From: Opitutaceae bacterium
Lineage (GTDB): Bacteria; Verrucomicrobiota; Verrucomicrobiia; Opitutales; Opitutaceae
DNA length: 64,000 bases
Reading direction: 5' to 3'
Assembly: GCA_044358025.1 (NCBI GenBank)
Contig: JBIKOK010000004.1
Coordinates: 853 to 64,852 of the forward strand
In this document: positions 36,991-47,015 of the stretch, one piece after another
Position numbering within the stretch: position 1 is the stretch's first letter
Layout: each line of letters starts with the position of its first letter
Made by a program: the position numbers and the translations under genes
The notes under the pieces: model-generated
Database searches by the model: none
Told to the model about the DNA's origin: nothing
The model's input: only the letters and a program-made list of their open reading frames with translations

Positions 36991-37515
36991 TTGATCACTC
37001 ATTTCCCCAGATCTCGTCGCACCGCCAGCTTCACGATGGTCGAAGTGTTGCTGGCGTCGTTTATCTTGCTGGTGGGATTCATCGGTCTGATGGAGGCGGT
37101 CACGGTGTCCGCCAACACGATGGATCATGCCCGACGGCAGACCCTCGCCACCCAGATCCTCAGCCACGAGATCAAGAAGCTGTATCTCGCCCCGTGGACG
37201 AACGGCAGCACCGGCATCAACGATCTGACCACGGCCAAGATCAGCCTTCCGGTCGACAGTCAGTTCGATCAGGCCAGGCTCGCCGTGGGCGACGACCTGA
37301 GCAGCACGGCCCTCGTGCGTTTTTCACTCGCGCGCACCGTGACGAGCCCCGATCCGATCCCCGGTTTGCTCCGCGAGGTCAATTTTACCGTGACCTGGAT
37401 CGTGGGGACGAGTCGTCGCAAAACCGATGGCACGCTGCTTTCGTTCACGTTTACCCGCACGAATTCGGCGTGGTACGGCAAAAACGGCCTGCACCTCAGC
37501 CACCGGTCCTCGTGA
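36991..37515 (+). CDS. prepilin-type N-terminal methylation-domain protein (GspI/PilV-like minor pseudopilin)
   Basis: TTG start. The class-III signal is RSRRTAS|FTMVEVLLASFILLVGFIGLMEAV, with Glu at +5 and a hydrophobic helix. Small (174 aa) beta-rich remainder. Confidence 0.75.
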   Translation: MITHFPRSRRTASFTMVEVLLASFILLVGFIGLMEAVTVSANTMDHARRQTLATQILSHEIKKLYLAPWTNGSTGINDLTTAKISLPVDSQFDQARLAVGDDLSSTALVRFSLARTVTSPDPIPGLLREVNFTVTWIVGTSRRKTDGTLLSFTFTRTNSAWYGKNGLHLSHRSS

Positions 37516-38123
37516 GCAGTCCATTCCCCAGCCGGCGCGCCGGCTGGACGCTCAGCGAGTTGATGATCGGCGTCTGCCTATCGATGATCGTCATGAATGC
37601 CGTGCTCGCCAGTTATGTCTTTGTGGCGCGCGCCTACACCCGGACGGTCGCGTTCGGGTCGACGAACCAGCCGACCCTGGAAGCCCAGGGCAGGCGGACC
37701 TTGGCCTCTTTTGCCCAAGACGTACAAATGACGTCGGCACTCGGCAGTCCCACCGCTTCGTCGGTCACGCTCACAGTGCCCAGCAGCATGGGAGGCACGA
37801 AGCATGTCACCTATTATTTCAACAGCACGGCGTCACCGGTGACGGTCAGCGGCTACGCCGTCCCGGCCATGTCGCTCGCGCGGATCGATGTCACCACCGG
37901 CACGGGCCTCACGTTGCATAGCTCCCTGCTCACGTGTGTCTTTAGCTACTACGATTCGTCCAACAATCCGTACACAAGCTATGTCAACCATCTGCCGGGG
38001 ATCAAACAGATGTCCGTGGCTTTCACCTCGCAGTCCGGCACCGCCACCAACGGTACGCTGACCCGCATCTACCAAGTCGCGTCGCCAAGGTTGGCACTTC
38101 GCAACAAGGCCTTCCTCCCGTGA
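37512..38123 (+). CDS. prepilin-type N-terminal methylation-domain protein (GspJ/PilW-like minor pseudopilin)
   Basis: The GTG at 37512 overlaps the upstream stop (GTGA). Signal PSRRAG|WTLSELMIGVCLSMIVMNAVLA with Glu at +5. Confidence 0.75.
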   Translation: MSSPFPSRRAGWTLSELMIGVCLSMIVMNAVLASYVFVARAYTRTVAFGSTNQPTLEAQGRRTLASFAQDVQMTSALGSPTASSVTLTVPSSMGGTKHVTYYFNSTASPVTVSGYAVPAMSLARIDVTTGTGLTLHSSLLTCVFSYYDSSNNPYTSYVNHLPGIKQMSVAFTSQSGTATNGTLTRIYQVASPRLALRNKAFLP

Positions 38124-39949
38124 TGCGTCCTCAGAAAAAAGCCGGCTCGGTCACCCTCGTCGCACTGTCCTGCGTGACGGTCCTGGCCATCGCGGGGGCG
38201 AGTTTTCTCTCGGTCACCAACCTCGCCATGAAGCTGGGCCATCGCTCCTACGCAAAGGACGTGAGCTACCAACTGGCCGAGATGGGCCTCGAGCAGGCGC
38301 TGCGCGCGTACAACGACAACGCGACAGCGGCCGCGGTCGCCAATGCGTTCAGCAGTTGGACGCTCTCCGGCATCACCGCCACCAAATCCCTCTCCATCGC
38401 CAGCAGCCGCTACGGCACCAGCGGCATCACCACCGCGGTCAATATCCGCGTCGATCATTACTTGGGCACAAGAAAGGCGACGCCGTGGAACGTGCTGACC
38501 ACTTATGCCGTGAACGATTTCGTGTGGCATCAGGGCGTCTGGTATCTGTGCAAGGCCGCGCCCCCGAGCAAAGAGTCCCCGGCCAACACCGCTTATTGGA
38601 CCAGCGCTCCGGAATCTTGGAATTCCGCCGCCAACTACCGCATCGGCAACATTGTCCTGTTCGGGGGCACCACCTACACCTGCAAGGTCGCCCACGTGAG
38701 CCAGGCTCCGCCCAACAGCACGTACTGGAACGTTCCTGCCGCCGTCCTGCCGAAGAGTGCGCTCACCGCCTACGTCGTGGATAACGTGATCTTTTCCGGC
38801 GGGATGCCCTACCGCTGCATTTCGGCGCACTCCAATCAGCTTCCGCCCAATCCCACTTACTGGCTCAGCGCCCCGGTGATTTACGCGGAGGGCGTCGCCG
38901 TGCTGCCCGACCGCCATGCGACCACCCTCAAGACCCAGTTGCGCGCGACCCTGGCGCCGGCCACGCTCTTTCCCAACGCCGCCGGCGCCACCACCTATAC
39001 GAACCTGGCTTCCGGCGGCGTGGTGGACAGCTATAATTCGGTCACGGGCGCGTATAACGTCGGCGGCAATATCGGTTCATCCGCCGTCTTGGCCGGTGAG
39101 AATCGGTCGGGCCTCGCCGTCTCCATCTTGACGGCAAGGGTCAATGGCTACGTGGCCGCCCCTTCGACTTCCTCGTCACCCTTTTCCCCCAATTGGAACT
39201 ATGCTACCGCCACGGCCATCGTCACGTCGACGCCGGCGCCCACGATTCCCGCCACCCGGGTCGATCTGACTCGCGTCAGCCGGAGTCCGCATGTCCCGCA
39301 GTTCGACATCAGGCCCGTGACCGCGCCCAACTCGTTGTCGAACCCGGCCGGCACCGTGACGCTTCCGCGCGCGGGCGACATCGTTTCCGCCGACGGAAAG
39401 TATTATTACGCGACCTCTGCCACGCTCGATATCAACTCCGGGGACATCCTGAACATCGATGGTCCCGTGGTCATCGACGTCCAGCCCAGCACGGCCCAAT
39501 GGTGGATTCAGGGCTCGGGTAAAATCGTGATTGGCGCACCCACGGTTCCGATCAAACCCACCGCTTCGCTCGAAATCCACGTATCCAGCTTGCTCGATAT
39601 TGGCAGCGATACGACCGGCGGGATTCAGAATCTGACCCTGGACCCCACTCGTTGCGTCATTCTCAGCACGAACACCATCAATGTTTCGGGCAAAAATTGG
39701 TTCTGGCCGATTATTCCGTTCTACGGCGTGGTCTACATGCCCAACGCCTTTCTGCACGTCTGGAACACCGGCTACAACCTGCCGATTTACGGCGCCCTGT
39801 CGGCCAAGAATATCTACTTCGAAAGCGTCGCCGCGCTGCATTACGACACCGCCCTCCGTACCGCGGTGATCAGCGGGGTCGACACCCCGTATCGGCTCAC
39901 CGAGTGGCGCGAACTGACCGACCCGAGCGATCGGGTCACGCTGCCCTAG
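38120..39949 (+). CDS. GspK/PilX-like large pseudopilin with three tandem chitin-binding-domain-like (CBM5/12-type) repeats
   Basis: The start overlaps the upstream stop (GTGATG). The N-terminus KKAGSVTLVALSCVTVLAIAGASFL is pilin-like but lacks Glu+5, as in GspK/PilX. Residues 123-248 (38486..38863) form three repeats of the pattern W..(x)Y.(V/I).(N/D).V...G..Y.C..AH.S...P.N..YW. Confidence 0.7.
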   Translation: MMRPQKKAGSVTLVALSCVTVLAIAGASFLSVTNLAMKLGHRSYAKDVSYQLAEMGLEQALRAYNDNATAAAVANAFSSWTLSGITATKSLSIASSRYGTSGITTAVNIRVDHYLGTRKATPWNVLTTYAVNDFVWHQGVWYLCKAAPPSKESPANTAYWTSAPESWNSAANYRIGNIVLFGGTTYTCKVAHVSQAPPNSTYWNVPAAVLPKSALTAYVVDNVIFSGGMPYRCISAHSNQLPPNPTYWLSAPVIYAEGVAVLPDRHATTLKTQLRATLAPATLFPNAAGATTYTNLASGGVVDSYNSVTGAYNVGGNIGSSAVLAGENRSGLAVSILTARVNGYVAAPSTSSSPFSPNWNYATATAIVTSTPAPTIPATRVDLTRVSRSPHVPQFDIRPVTAPNSLSNPAGTVTLPRAGDIVSADGKYYYATSATLDINSGDILNIDGPVVIDVQPSTAQWWIQGSGKIVIGAPTVPIKPTASLEIHVSSLLDIGSDTTGGIQNLTLDPTRCVILSTNTINVSGKNWFWPIIPFYGVVYMPNAFLHVWNTGYNLPIYGALSAKNIYFESVAALHYDTALRTAVISGVDTPYRLTEWRELTDPSDRVTLP

Positions 39950-40151
39950 GTCGCTAGTGCGCCCCGCGGCCACCTCCCCCCAAGGAGCAGCCAACGGCTC
40001 AGCCCCGCACCCGGGTGGGCCACGGCAGATCCGATCACACCCGACCGCCACGGCCGCAACCGCCGATCCCCCCGACCGAAAGTCCCGGGCCGCCCGCGGC
40101 GATTCCCATTGAGCCGCGGCGGACGACTCACGAGGGTGGGCCGGACCGAGC

Positions 40152-42089
40152 ATGAGACCCCGCCTGACCCTACCGACAACTTTGCCCCGCGGCGTGCTGG
40201 CCCTGGTCGTTTTCGGCTTGGCGCCATGCTTGTCGCTTCCCACCAAAGCGGAGCCGGCCGACGACGGGGACCTTTCCGCGCTCCAGGCTGAGGCGAAAAA
40301 GACTTTCCGCGATCAAGTCACTCCTTTTGTCCGCACGTATTGCCTGAACTGTCACGGCAACCGGAAAACCAAGGGCGGGGTCAACTTCGAACCCGCACTC
40401 AAGGCCCCCGGCAACGCAGCCTTCAGCCAGCGGTGGAAGCAGGCCCTCGCCAACGTCAAGGCCCACGACATGCCGCCGGAAGACGCGCCAAAACAGCCCA
40501 CCGACGCCGAGCGGCAGACGTTCCTCGCTTGGATTGGCCAGATCAAGTTTCTCAGCCCGAAGGACCCCGGTCCCTTTGTGCTCCGTCGCCTGACCAAGGC
40601 GGAATACGGCAACACGCTGCACGATCTCTTCGGCGTCGATCCGGCGATCGCCCGCGGGTTGCCGGATGAAGTGTTCGGTGAGGGCTATCTCAATACGCTG
40701 TCACCGCTCCAGTCCGAACAGTATCTCGGCATCGCCCACGAGGTCGTGGATCGCATCGTGGCCCCCGGCGATATGCCGCCGACTCCGGTGCAACGGCGGC
40801 TCTTCGGTGAACCCCCGGCGCCCGGTGCCGATGCCCGCGCGGCCGCGCGCCAAGTTGCCCGCTCACTCGCCCGCGCCGCGTATCGCCGCCCGCCCACGGA
40901 GGCGGAGCTGGACGTGCTCGGGGGCGTCTTCGATTTGGGCCGCGACCACCACCTCGCCTACCCCGCCGCCCTCGGCCTGATGCTCAAAGCGGTGCTCGTT
41001 TCCCCGCAGTTCTTGTTTATCACCCCGGCCACTGAGGTTGCGGCGGGTCCCGCCATCGTGCCGCTGGACGACTATCAACTCGCGTCGCGGCTGTCCTATC
41101 TGCTGTGGGCCACGCTGCCGGACGCCGAGCTCGCAGGCTTGGCCGACCGCGGCACGTTGCACGAGCCCGCGGTTCTGCAGGCGCAGGTGCAGCGTTTGCT
41201 CCAAGATCCGCGGTCCCGCGCGCTGTTCGATGGTTTCGGGGCGCAGTGGCTCGGCGTCGGGGAACTGGCCGGTAAAACCTTCGATCCGGTCAAATTCCCG
41301 CAGATGACCGGTGAGCTGCGCGCCGCAATGTATGACGAGGTGCGGCTCTTCTTCGACAGCATCGTGCGCACCAACCGGAGCGTCGTCGGTTTCGTCGACA
41401 GCGACTACACTTTCCTCAACGGGCCGCTGGCGAAAATCTACGGTCTGGAAAACACCGTCACCGGCCCGGCCATGCGCCGGGTGCAGCTGACCGATGCGAA
41501 CCGCGGCGGTGTTCTCGGCATGCCGGGCATTCTGGCGACGACCTCGTTTCCCCACCGCACCAGCGCCGTCAAACGCGGCGTGTGGGTCCTCGAACAGGTG
41601 CTCGGCGAACGCGTCCCGCCCGCCCCGCCGAACGTCCCCGCCCTCGAAAAACAGGACGACGCGCAGGTCGCGAACCTCACCCTGCGCCAGCGCACCGAAC
41701 TGCACCGCACGGACTCCGTCTGCACCAACTGCCACAAAATCCTCGATCCGATCGGATTCGGCCTGGAAAACTTCGACGCCATCGGGCGCTGGCGCGACTC
41801 CGACGATGCGGGCGGGGCGATCGACGCCGCCGGCGAGCTGCCCGGCGGAAAACGTTTTTCGTCGCCCAGAGAACTCAAGGCGATCATCGCCGCCCGACAC
41901 GAGGAACTCGCCCGCAACCTCACGGAAAGACTCCTGGCCTACGCCCTCTGCCGCCCGCTCGAAGGCTATGACGAAATCGTGGTGGACCGCCTGATGGAAA
42001 CCATCGCCAAGGACGGCTACCGCCTGCAAGGTCTCATCACCGCCATCGTCACCAGCTACCCCTTCACGCAGCGTCGCGTCCACCCTTAG
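40152..42089 (+). CDS. DUF1592/DUF1595/DUF1587/DUF1588/DUF1585-family protein with N-terminal cytochrome-like CxxCH
   Basis: [17 protein letters not shown], then [22 protein letters not shown] (DUF1587-like), [33 protein letters not shown] (DUF1588-like) and [25 protein letters not shown] (DUF1585-like). Confidence 0.85.
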   Translation: MRPRLTLPTTLPRGVLALVVFGLAPCLSLPTKAEPADDGDLSALQAEAKKTFRDQVTPFVRTYCLNCHGNRKTKGGVNFEPALKAPGNAAFSQRWKQALANVKAHDMPPEDAPKQPTDAERQTFLAWIGQIKFLSPKDPGPFVLRRLTKAEYGNTLHDLFGVDPAIARGLPDEVFGEGYLNTLSPLQSEQYLGIAHEVVDRIVAPGDMPPTPVQRRLFGEPPAPGADARAAARQVARSLARAAYRRPPTEAELDVLGGVFDLGRDHHLAYPAALGLMLKAVLVSPQFLFITPATEVAAGPAIVPLDDYQLASRLSYLLWATLPDAELAGLADRGTLHEPAVLQAQVQRLLQDPRSRALFDGFGAQWLGVGELAGKTFDPVKFPQMTGELRAAMYDEVRLFFDSIVRTNRSVVGFVDSDYTFLNGPLAKIYGLENTVTGPAMRRVQLTDANRGGVLGMPGILATTSFPHRTSAVKRGVWVLEQVLGERVPPAPPNVPALEKQDDAQVANLTLRQRTELHRTDSVCTNCHKILDPIGFGLENFDAIGRWRDSDDAGGAIDAAGELPGGKRFSSPRELKAIIAARHEELARNLTERLLAYALCRPLEGYDEIVVDRLMETIAKDGYRLQGLITAIVTSYPFTQRRVHP

Positions 42090-42103
42090 CCCTCCCCCGA
42101 CCC

Positions 42104-43498
42104 ATGAGCTCGCCCCACCTGATCGATCGCCGCACCTGCTTGAAAGGCATCGGTGTCGCCCTCGCCCTGCCGTTGCTCGACACCATGGGCTGGGCCGAGC
42201 CGGACAGAAAGAAATCCGTCAAGCCGCCGGTCCGCCTCGGCTTCATGTATATGCCGCACGGGGTCATCCGGGAGCAGTTTTGGCCCGCAAGCCCGGAGAG
42301 TTTCCGGACGACACCGCCCCCGGCGCTGGAGGCGCTGCGCCCTGTGCTCGACCAATGTCTGCTCATGAAGGGCATCTCGGGCGTGCCGATTTCCCCGTTC
42401 AACGGCGCGCCGCACGCCCTCGAATTGTCGACGTGGCTCACGCCCACACTGCCCGATGCGAACCGCCGGAATCAGATCAACATTTCGATTTCCGCGGACC
42501 AAATCGCAGCGAACTACGTCGGCCCGCTCACGTCGTTGCCCTCGCTGGAATTGGCGACCATGCCCCAGACCCACAAGGAAAACCAGGAGGGCCTGAACGA
42601 GGGGTATTATTCGCACTGCAGTTTTCGCTCGGCCACCCAGGCCGTCCCCGCCGAGACCAATCCCCGCAACGTGCTTAACCGACTCTTCGGCCTGCCGGAC
42701 TCCTCCGGCCAGCGCCGCGCACCCGGCCAAACCACCCCGGCGAGCGCGCTCGATCGCAAGATGCTGGATTTGGTCCTCGGCGGCGCCCGCGACCTGCGCC
42801 GCACGTTGCCCCAGGGCGACCAACACAAGTTGGACGAATACCTGGACGGCGTGCGGGCGGTGGAGCGGCGCATCGCCGCGATCGAGTTTCGCCAAAAAGA
42901 GGCGGCCCTCGAAAAGTCCGGCGTCAGCACGCGCAACCGCCACGCGGCCGATTCTCCGCCCATCGAGATCAAGATCCCCGTCGGCGACAAACGCAGCGAG
43001 TATATGCAGGTCATGTGTGACCTCAACGTCCTGGCGTTCCAGACCGACACCACGCGCGTCAGCACCTACATCGGCTCCACGCCGAACGGCGTTTCCTACC
43101 CCGAGCTCGGATTCTCGGATACGCACCACTCCAACACCCACCACGGTTATGATCCGGAAAAAGTCCGGAAGGTCGCCGCGATCACCGCGTTCAACATCGC
43201 CCAGTTCGCCTACATGATCCGGCGCATGCACAACATCCGCGAAGGCGACGGCACCCTCCTCGACAATTGCATCATGATGTGGGGCTCCGGTCTCGAGGAC
43301 GGCAACAAGCACGCCCGCGAGAACCTGCCCTTTATCGTCGCCGGAAAGGGCGGCGGCTCCATCCACACGGGTCGGTTCCTCCCGGACGTCCGCGGCAATC
43401 AGGGCGACCTGCTCACCACGCTGCTCGGGTGCGCCGGAGTTCCGCTGGACCGCCCCATCGGGATTGCGACCAAACAGATCACGGAGATCCGGACCTGA
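42104..43498 (+). CDS. DUF1552 domain protein (Tat-signal)
   Basis: N-terminus [26 protein letters not shown]. This is the usual partner gene of the DUF1592 family in PVC genomes. It starts 14 nt after the upstream stop. Confidence 0.85.
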   Translation: MSSPHLIDRRTCLKGIGVALALPLLDTMGWAEPDRKKSVKPPVRLGFMYMPHGVIREQFWPASPESFRTTPPPALEALRPVLDQCLLMKGISGVPISPFNGAPHALELSTWLTPTLPDANRRNQINISISADQIAANYVGPLTSLPSLELATMPQTHKENQEGLNEGYYSHCSFRSATQAVPAETNPRNVLNRLFGLPDSSGQRRAPGQTTPASALDRKMLDLVLGGARDLRRTLPQGDQHKLDEYLDGVRAVERRIAAIEFRQKEAALEKSGVSTRNRHAADSPPIEIKIPVGDKRSEYMQVMCDLNVLAFQTDTTRVSTYIGSTPNGVSYPELGFSDTHHSNTHHGYDPEKVRKVAAITAFNIAQFAYMIRRMHNIREGDGTLLDNCIMMWGSGLEDGNKHARENLPFIVAGKGGGSIHTGRFLPDVRGNQGDLLTTLLGCAGVPLDRPIGIATKQITEIRT

Positions 43499-43831
43499 CC
43501 CTCCGCGCCCCGGCCCCCCCAAGGAATTTCGCGGGGTTGCGGCGGTCGAGGGCCCACACCGGCTCCTCCCTGTTCGCGCGACCGCGCCGCCCTCTGGAAA
43601 CGATCCGTTGGGCCATCCGCCCCGACCCGGCAGCGGCACCTTGGACCGGATGGTATTCGTAGCGGTAAGCGCGCCCCGTGACCGGACGAACGAATCGTGG
43701 TCGGTTTCTTATGCGTTGCTTCTCCAGACCCAGGGACCTTACTCGCCGAAGAGTTCGTCCAACGTTGGCTGGAAGCGCGGATCAACCTTGGCCGCGCAAC
43801 GGCCCGAGTCGCCACGGGGCCCAACAAAAGC

Positions 43832-44299
43832 ATGAAAAAAATCACCCCAGGCGACGAACTGACCGCCCTTGGCGAAATCCTCTTGGTCGAAGACAGTGCG
43901 AATGACGCGGAACTGGCGCAGCTCGCGTTCCGGCGGGCGAGAATCGCCAATCCCCTCAGGGTCGTTTCCAGCGCCGAGGAAGCATGGAACTACCTGTTGG
44001 GCTTGGGCGCCTATCTGAAACGCGGCGCGACCCAACCGCTGCTGATTCTCCTGGACCTCCAATTGCCGAGGATGTCGGGCGTCGAACTTCTGCGGCAACT
44101 CAAGCTGGATGAACGCACGCGCGATCTCTCCGTGGTCTCCCTCAGCGGGACCACCGGTGCCCCGGCCATCGTCACGTGCCTCAAGCTCGGGATCGACAGT
44201 CACCTCATCAAACCGATCGATTTCAAAGACCTCGTCCACGTCACCCGGAAGCTGAAGCTCCGATTGTCCCGGACGCCCCCGACGACCGGGCGGGCGTGA
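43832..44299 (+). CDS. single-domain response regulator (CheY-like receiver)
   Basis: ATG at 43832. Motifs: ILLVEDSANDAE acidic pocket, LILLDLQLPRMSG phospho-acceptor Asp, VVSLSGT, and HLIKPIDFKDL with the conserved Lys-Pro. Confidence 0.85.
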   Translation: MKKITPGDELTALGEILLVEDSANDAELAQLAFRRARIANPLRVVSSAEEAWNYLLGLGAYLKRGATQPLLILLDLQLPRMSGVELLRQLKLDERTRDLSVVSLSGTTGAPAIVTCLKLGIDSHLIKPIDFKDLVHVTRKLKLRLSRTPPTTGRA

Positions 44300-44364
44300 C
44301 CTGCGGCAGTCCCCGGGCGCACCTCCGGCCTTCGCCCCGTGAGAACCAATCGTAAAATCGCGCC

Positions 44365-46650
44365 GTGCTGGCCGGCACCATTTTACTCGTCGCCCTGGGC
44401 ACCGCGGCAACCTTTTGGGTTTTGCGTCAGCTGGAGACCGCGCGCCCCGAACACCAGCGAGTCATCACCCTCACCGACCGCGCCGAAGAGTTGCTGCGCG
44501 CCGTGGGCGATGCGGAGACCGGGCAACGCGGTTTCTGCCTCACCGGCGACGAGACCTTCCTGGCCCCGTATCTGTCCGTGCGGGACAAGGTCGCCGCAGA
44601 ACGGCGGGAATTGCTGCCACTCACCAAGCTCGACGCGGCGCACCAGCGGCTGAACGCGGTAAATCCGATACTGGAGGAGAAAATGCGCTCGATGACCGCG
44701 GTCATCGAGCTGCGCCGCCGCGGAGACCTGCCGGGTGTCATCAGCGCGGTCAGCAGCCGAAAGGGCAAGCAGTGGATGGATTCGATCCGGGCCGAGTTCA
44801 CGGGCTGCATCCAGATTGAGCGAGCGGGCTCCGGCCGGCGCGATGCGCAGTTTCTCGCCCAGATGCGCCGGCTGTTCGCGATCGCCGTCGCCGTCGGCCT
44901 GCTGGCGGCGCTCGCCGTCCTTGCGTTCGCTTTTTTATTTTACCGCGAGACCCAGCACCGGATCAAAGCGCTGCTACATCGCGAAACCCAGCGCCTGCTT
45001 GAGCTCCGGACGGACACCGCAGATCGCCTCCAGCAGGCCAACGCCACGCTGCTGATCAGCCAGAACCAGCTGGTCGCATCGCTCAAGGATAACGGCGACC
45101 TGAAGACCGCGCTCGACGAGCACGCCATCGTGGCGATCACCGATTCGCGCGGCCGGATCGGGTCCGTGAACGATAAGTTTTGCGCGATTTCCCAGTCTAC
45201 GCGCGCCGAGTTGGTCGGCCAAGACCACCGCCTGATCAACTCGGGCCACCACCCGCCGGAGTTTATCCACGCATTGTGAACGACCCTCACCCGCGGCCAC
45301 GTGGGGCACGGCGAAATCAAGGATCGGGCCCAGGACGGCTCGTTCTACTCGGTGGACACCACGATCGTGCCGTTTCTCGGAGATGAGGGGCAACCCCGGC
45401 AATATTTGGCCATCCGCGCGGATATCACCGAGCGCAAGCAGGTGGAGCCGAGCTGCGGGCCAGCGACGATCGCATGCGTCTGGCGACCGAGGCGACCGGC
45501 GTGGGCATTGGGGAATGGAATCTTCTGACGAACACGCTGCGGTGGGATGCCCAGATGTTTCGGATCTACGGTGTCGCTCCGGCGGCGGACGAATCGGTGC
45601 CCTACACAACCTGGCAGGATTTGGTCGTGCCGGAAGATTTGCCCCAACAGGAAGCCACCGTGCAGGACACGATCCGCCGGCGCGGCAGGAGCCAGCGGGA
45701 ATTCCGTATCCGGCGGCCCGGCCGTCCGGCTGTCCGTACCCTCCAATCCGTGGAAACCGTCCGGCTCAACGCCGAGGGCAGGCCGAATGGATGCTCGGGA
45801 CCCATCTCGACATCACGCTGCGCAAGGAAGCGGAAGTGGCCTTGCAGACCAGCGAGGACCGGTTCCGGACCCTGGCCAATTCCATGTCCCAGCTGGCGTG
45901 GATCGCCCGCGCCGACGGCTTCATTTTCTGGTACAACCGCCGCTGGTTCGAATACACGGGAAAATCCCCGGAAGAAATGGAAGGCTGGGGCTGGCAGAGC
46001 GTGCACGATCCCGCGGTGCTCCCGGAGGTAATGGTGCAATGGCCGGCCGCAATCGCCGCGGGCACCCCGTTCGAAATGTATCTCCCCCTCCGCGCCGCCG
46101 ACGGAAGCTTCCGTACTTTTCTGACGCGCGGGGAGCCGTTGCAGGATGCGGCCGGCCAGGTGATCCAGTGGTTTGGCACCAACACGGACGTGACGGCGCT
46201 GAAGCAGGCGAAGGACGCGATGCGCCGGTTCAACACCGAACTCGAGCAACGCGTGGCGGACCGCACGGCCCAGCTCGAAGCCAGCAACCGCGAACTCGAA
46301 TCGTTCTCCTACTCGGTCTCGCACGATCTGCGGACGCCCGTGCGGACCATCGACGGATTTTCCCTGGCCGTGCTGGCGGACTTCGGGCCGCAGCTGCCGG
46401 CCGAGGGCCGCCGCTATTCGCAGATCATCCGCCGTTCGGCCCAGAACATGGGCGAGCTGATCGACGCCCTGCTGGCCTTCGCGCAGCTGAAGCGCTAGGA
46501 CCTGACCAAGCGCCCGATCGACACCCACCCACTCGTGAGCACGGTCCTCGCCGAGCTCGGGGCGCCGTGGCCGGACCGAATGGTCGAGGTTCGGCTGGAA
46601 GCCTTGCCGCCCAGTTTCGGCGACCCGACGAAGGTCCACCGCACCGCGCG
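44365..46650 (+). pseudogene. CHASE3-PAS-PAS-PAS-HisKA sensor histidine kinase, disrupted by two in-frame stops and two frameshifts and lacking the ATPase domain
   Basis: CHASE3 block DAETGQRGFCLTGDETFLAPY. TGA at 45277..45279 sits where PAS domains have Trp ([29 protein letters not shown]). A 1-nt loss near 45445..45450 separates ERKQVE from [16 protein letters not shown] 1-nt loss near 45786..45788 separates NAEGRP from WMLGTHLDITLRKEAE. HisKA block SFSYSVSHDLRTP. TAG at 46496..46498 (AQLKR*DLTKRPID). No N/G1/G2 boxes follow GDPTKV. Confidence 0.8.
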
Positions 46651-47015
46651 TCCGTCCCTGCCCAAGGACACCGCGACCACCCACACCCGCTTCTGGTCCG
46701 CCGAGCTTGCCGGCCATGGCGGCGCGAAACCGTCGAACGGAGTCAGTTTTTTTTTGGGGGGGGTGGGCGTTCCCGATAGCCAGCGCCGGAACGATTTGGA
46801 CGTTGGGCAGCCGCAGCCCCAACCCTTCGCCCCGGCACGCGAACGGCCGACCGACCAGCGTCATCACGAGCGCGAAACGCACGGCCCTGCCGGCGGGGGG
46901 AAAGGGAGGCTTCGCGTCGCACCGGGCAAAAAGCGTTCGCGCCACGCCGCCCGCGCCGACCTGGAATTGCCGGGCGCGGGCGACCTCGACCCTTGCCGGC
47001 ACACCCCCGCGCGCG

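Noticed and set aside
36271-37167. ORFs 36271..36981 (+, 236 aa) and 36388..37167 (-, 259 aa) in the gap upstream of the pilin-like genes.
   Set aside because: They have an extreme Arg/Pro/Gly composition and no motif. They overlap each other, and the minus ORF overlaps the pseudopilin start. I treated them as non-coding.
45277-45279. In-frame TGA at a conserved Trp position, as possible stop-codon recoding (TGA=Trp or selenocysteine).
   Set aside because: TGA terminates many well-supported genes in this window (for example at 4238..4240, 22442..22444 and 35454..35456). The same gene also has a TAG and two frameshifts. I saw no SECIS-like context. A pseudogene is the simpler reading.
46650-47015. 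Possible surviving HATPase_c domain of the kinase in another frame or on the opposite strand (for example the GEGLGLRL string in minus ORF 45602..47089).
   Set aside because: No N-box, G1 or G2 box pattern with correct spacing appears in any frame. The single GxGLGL-like string is on the wrong strand, within an obvious shadow ORF.
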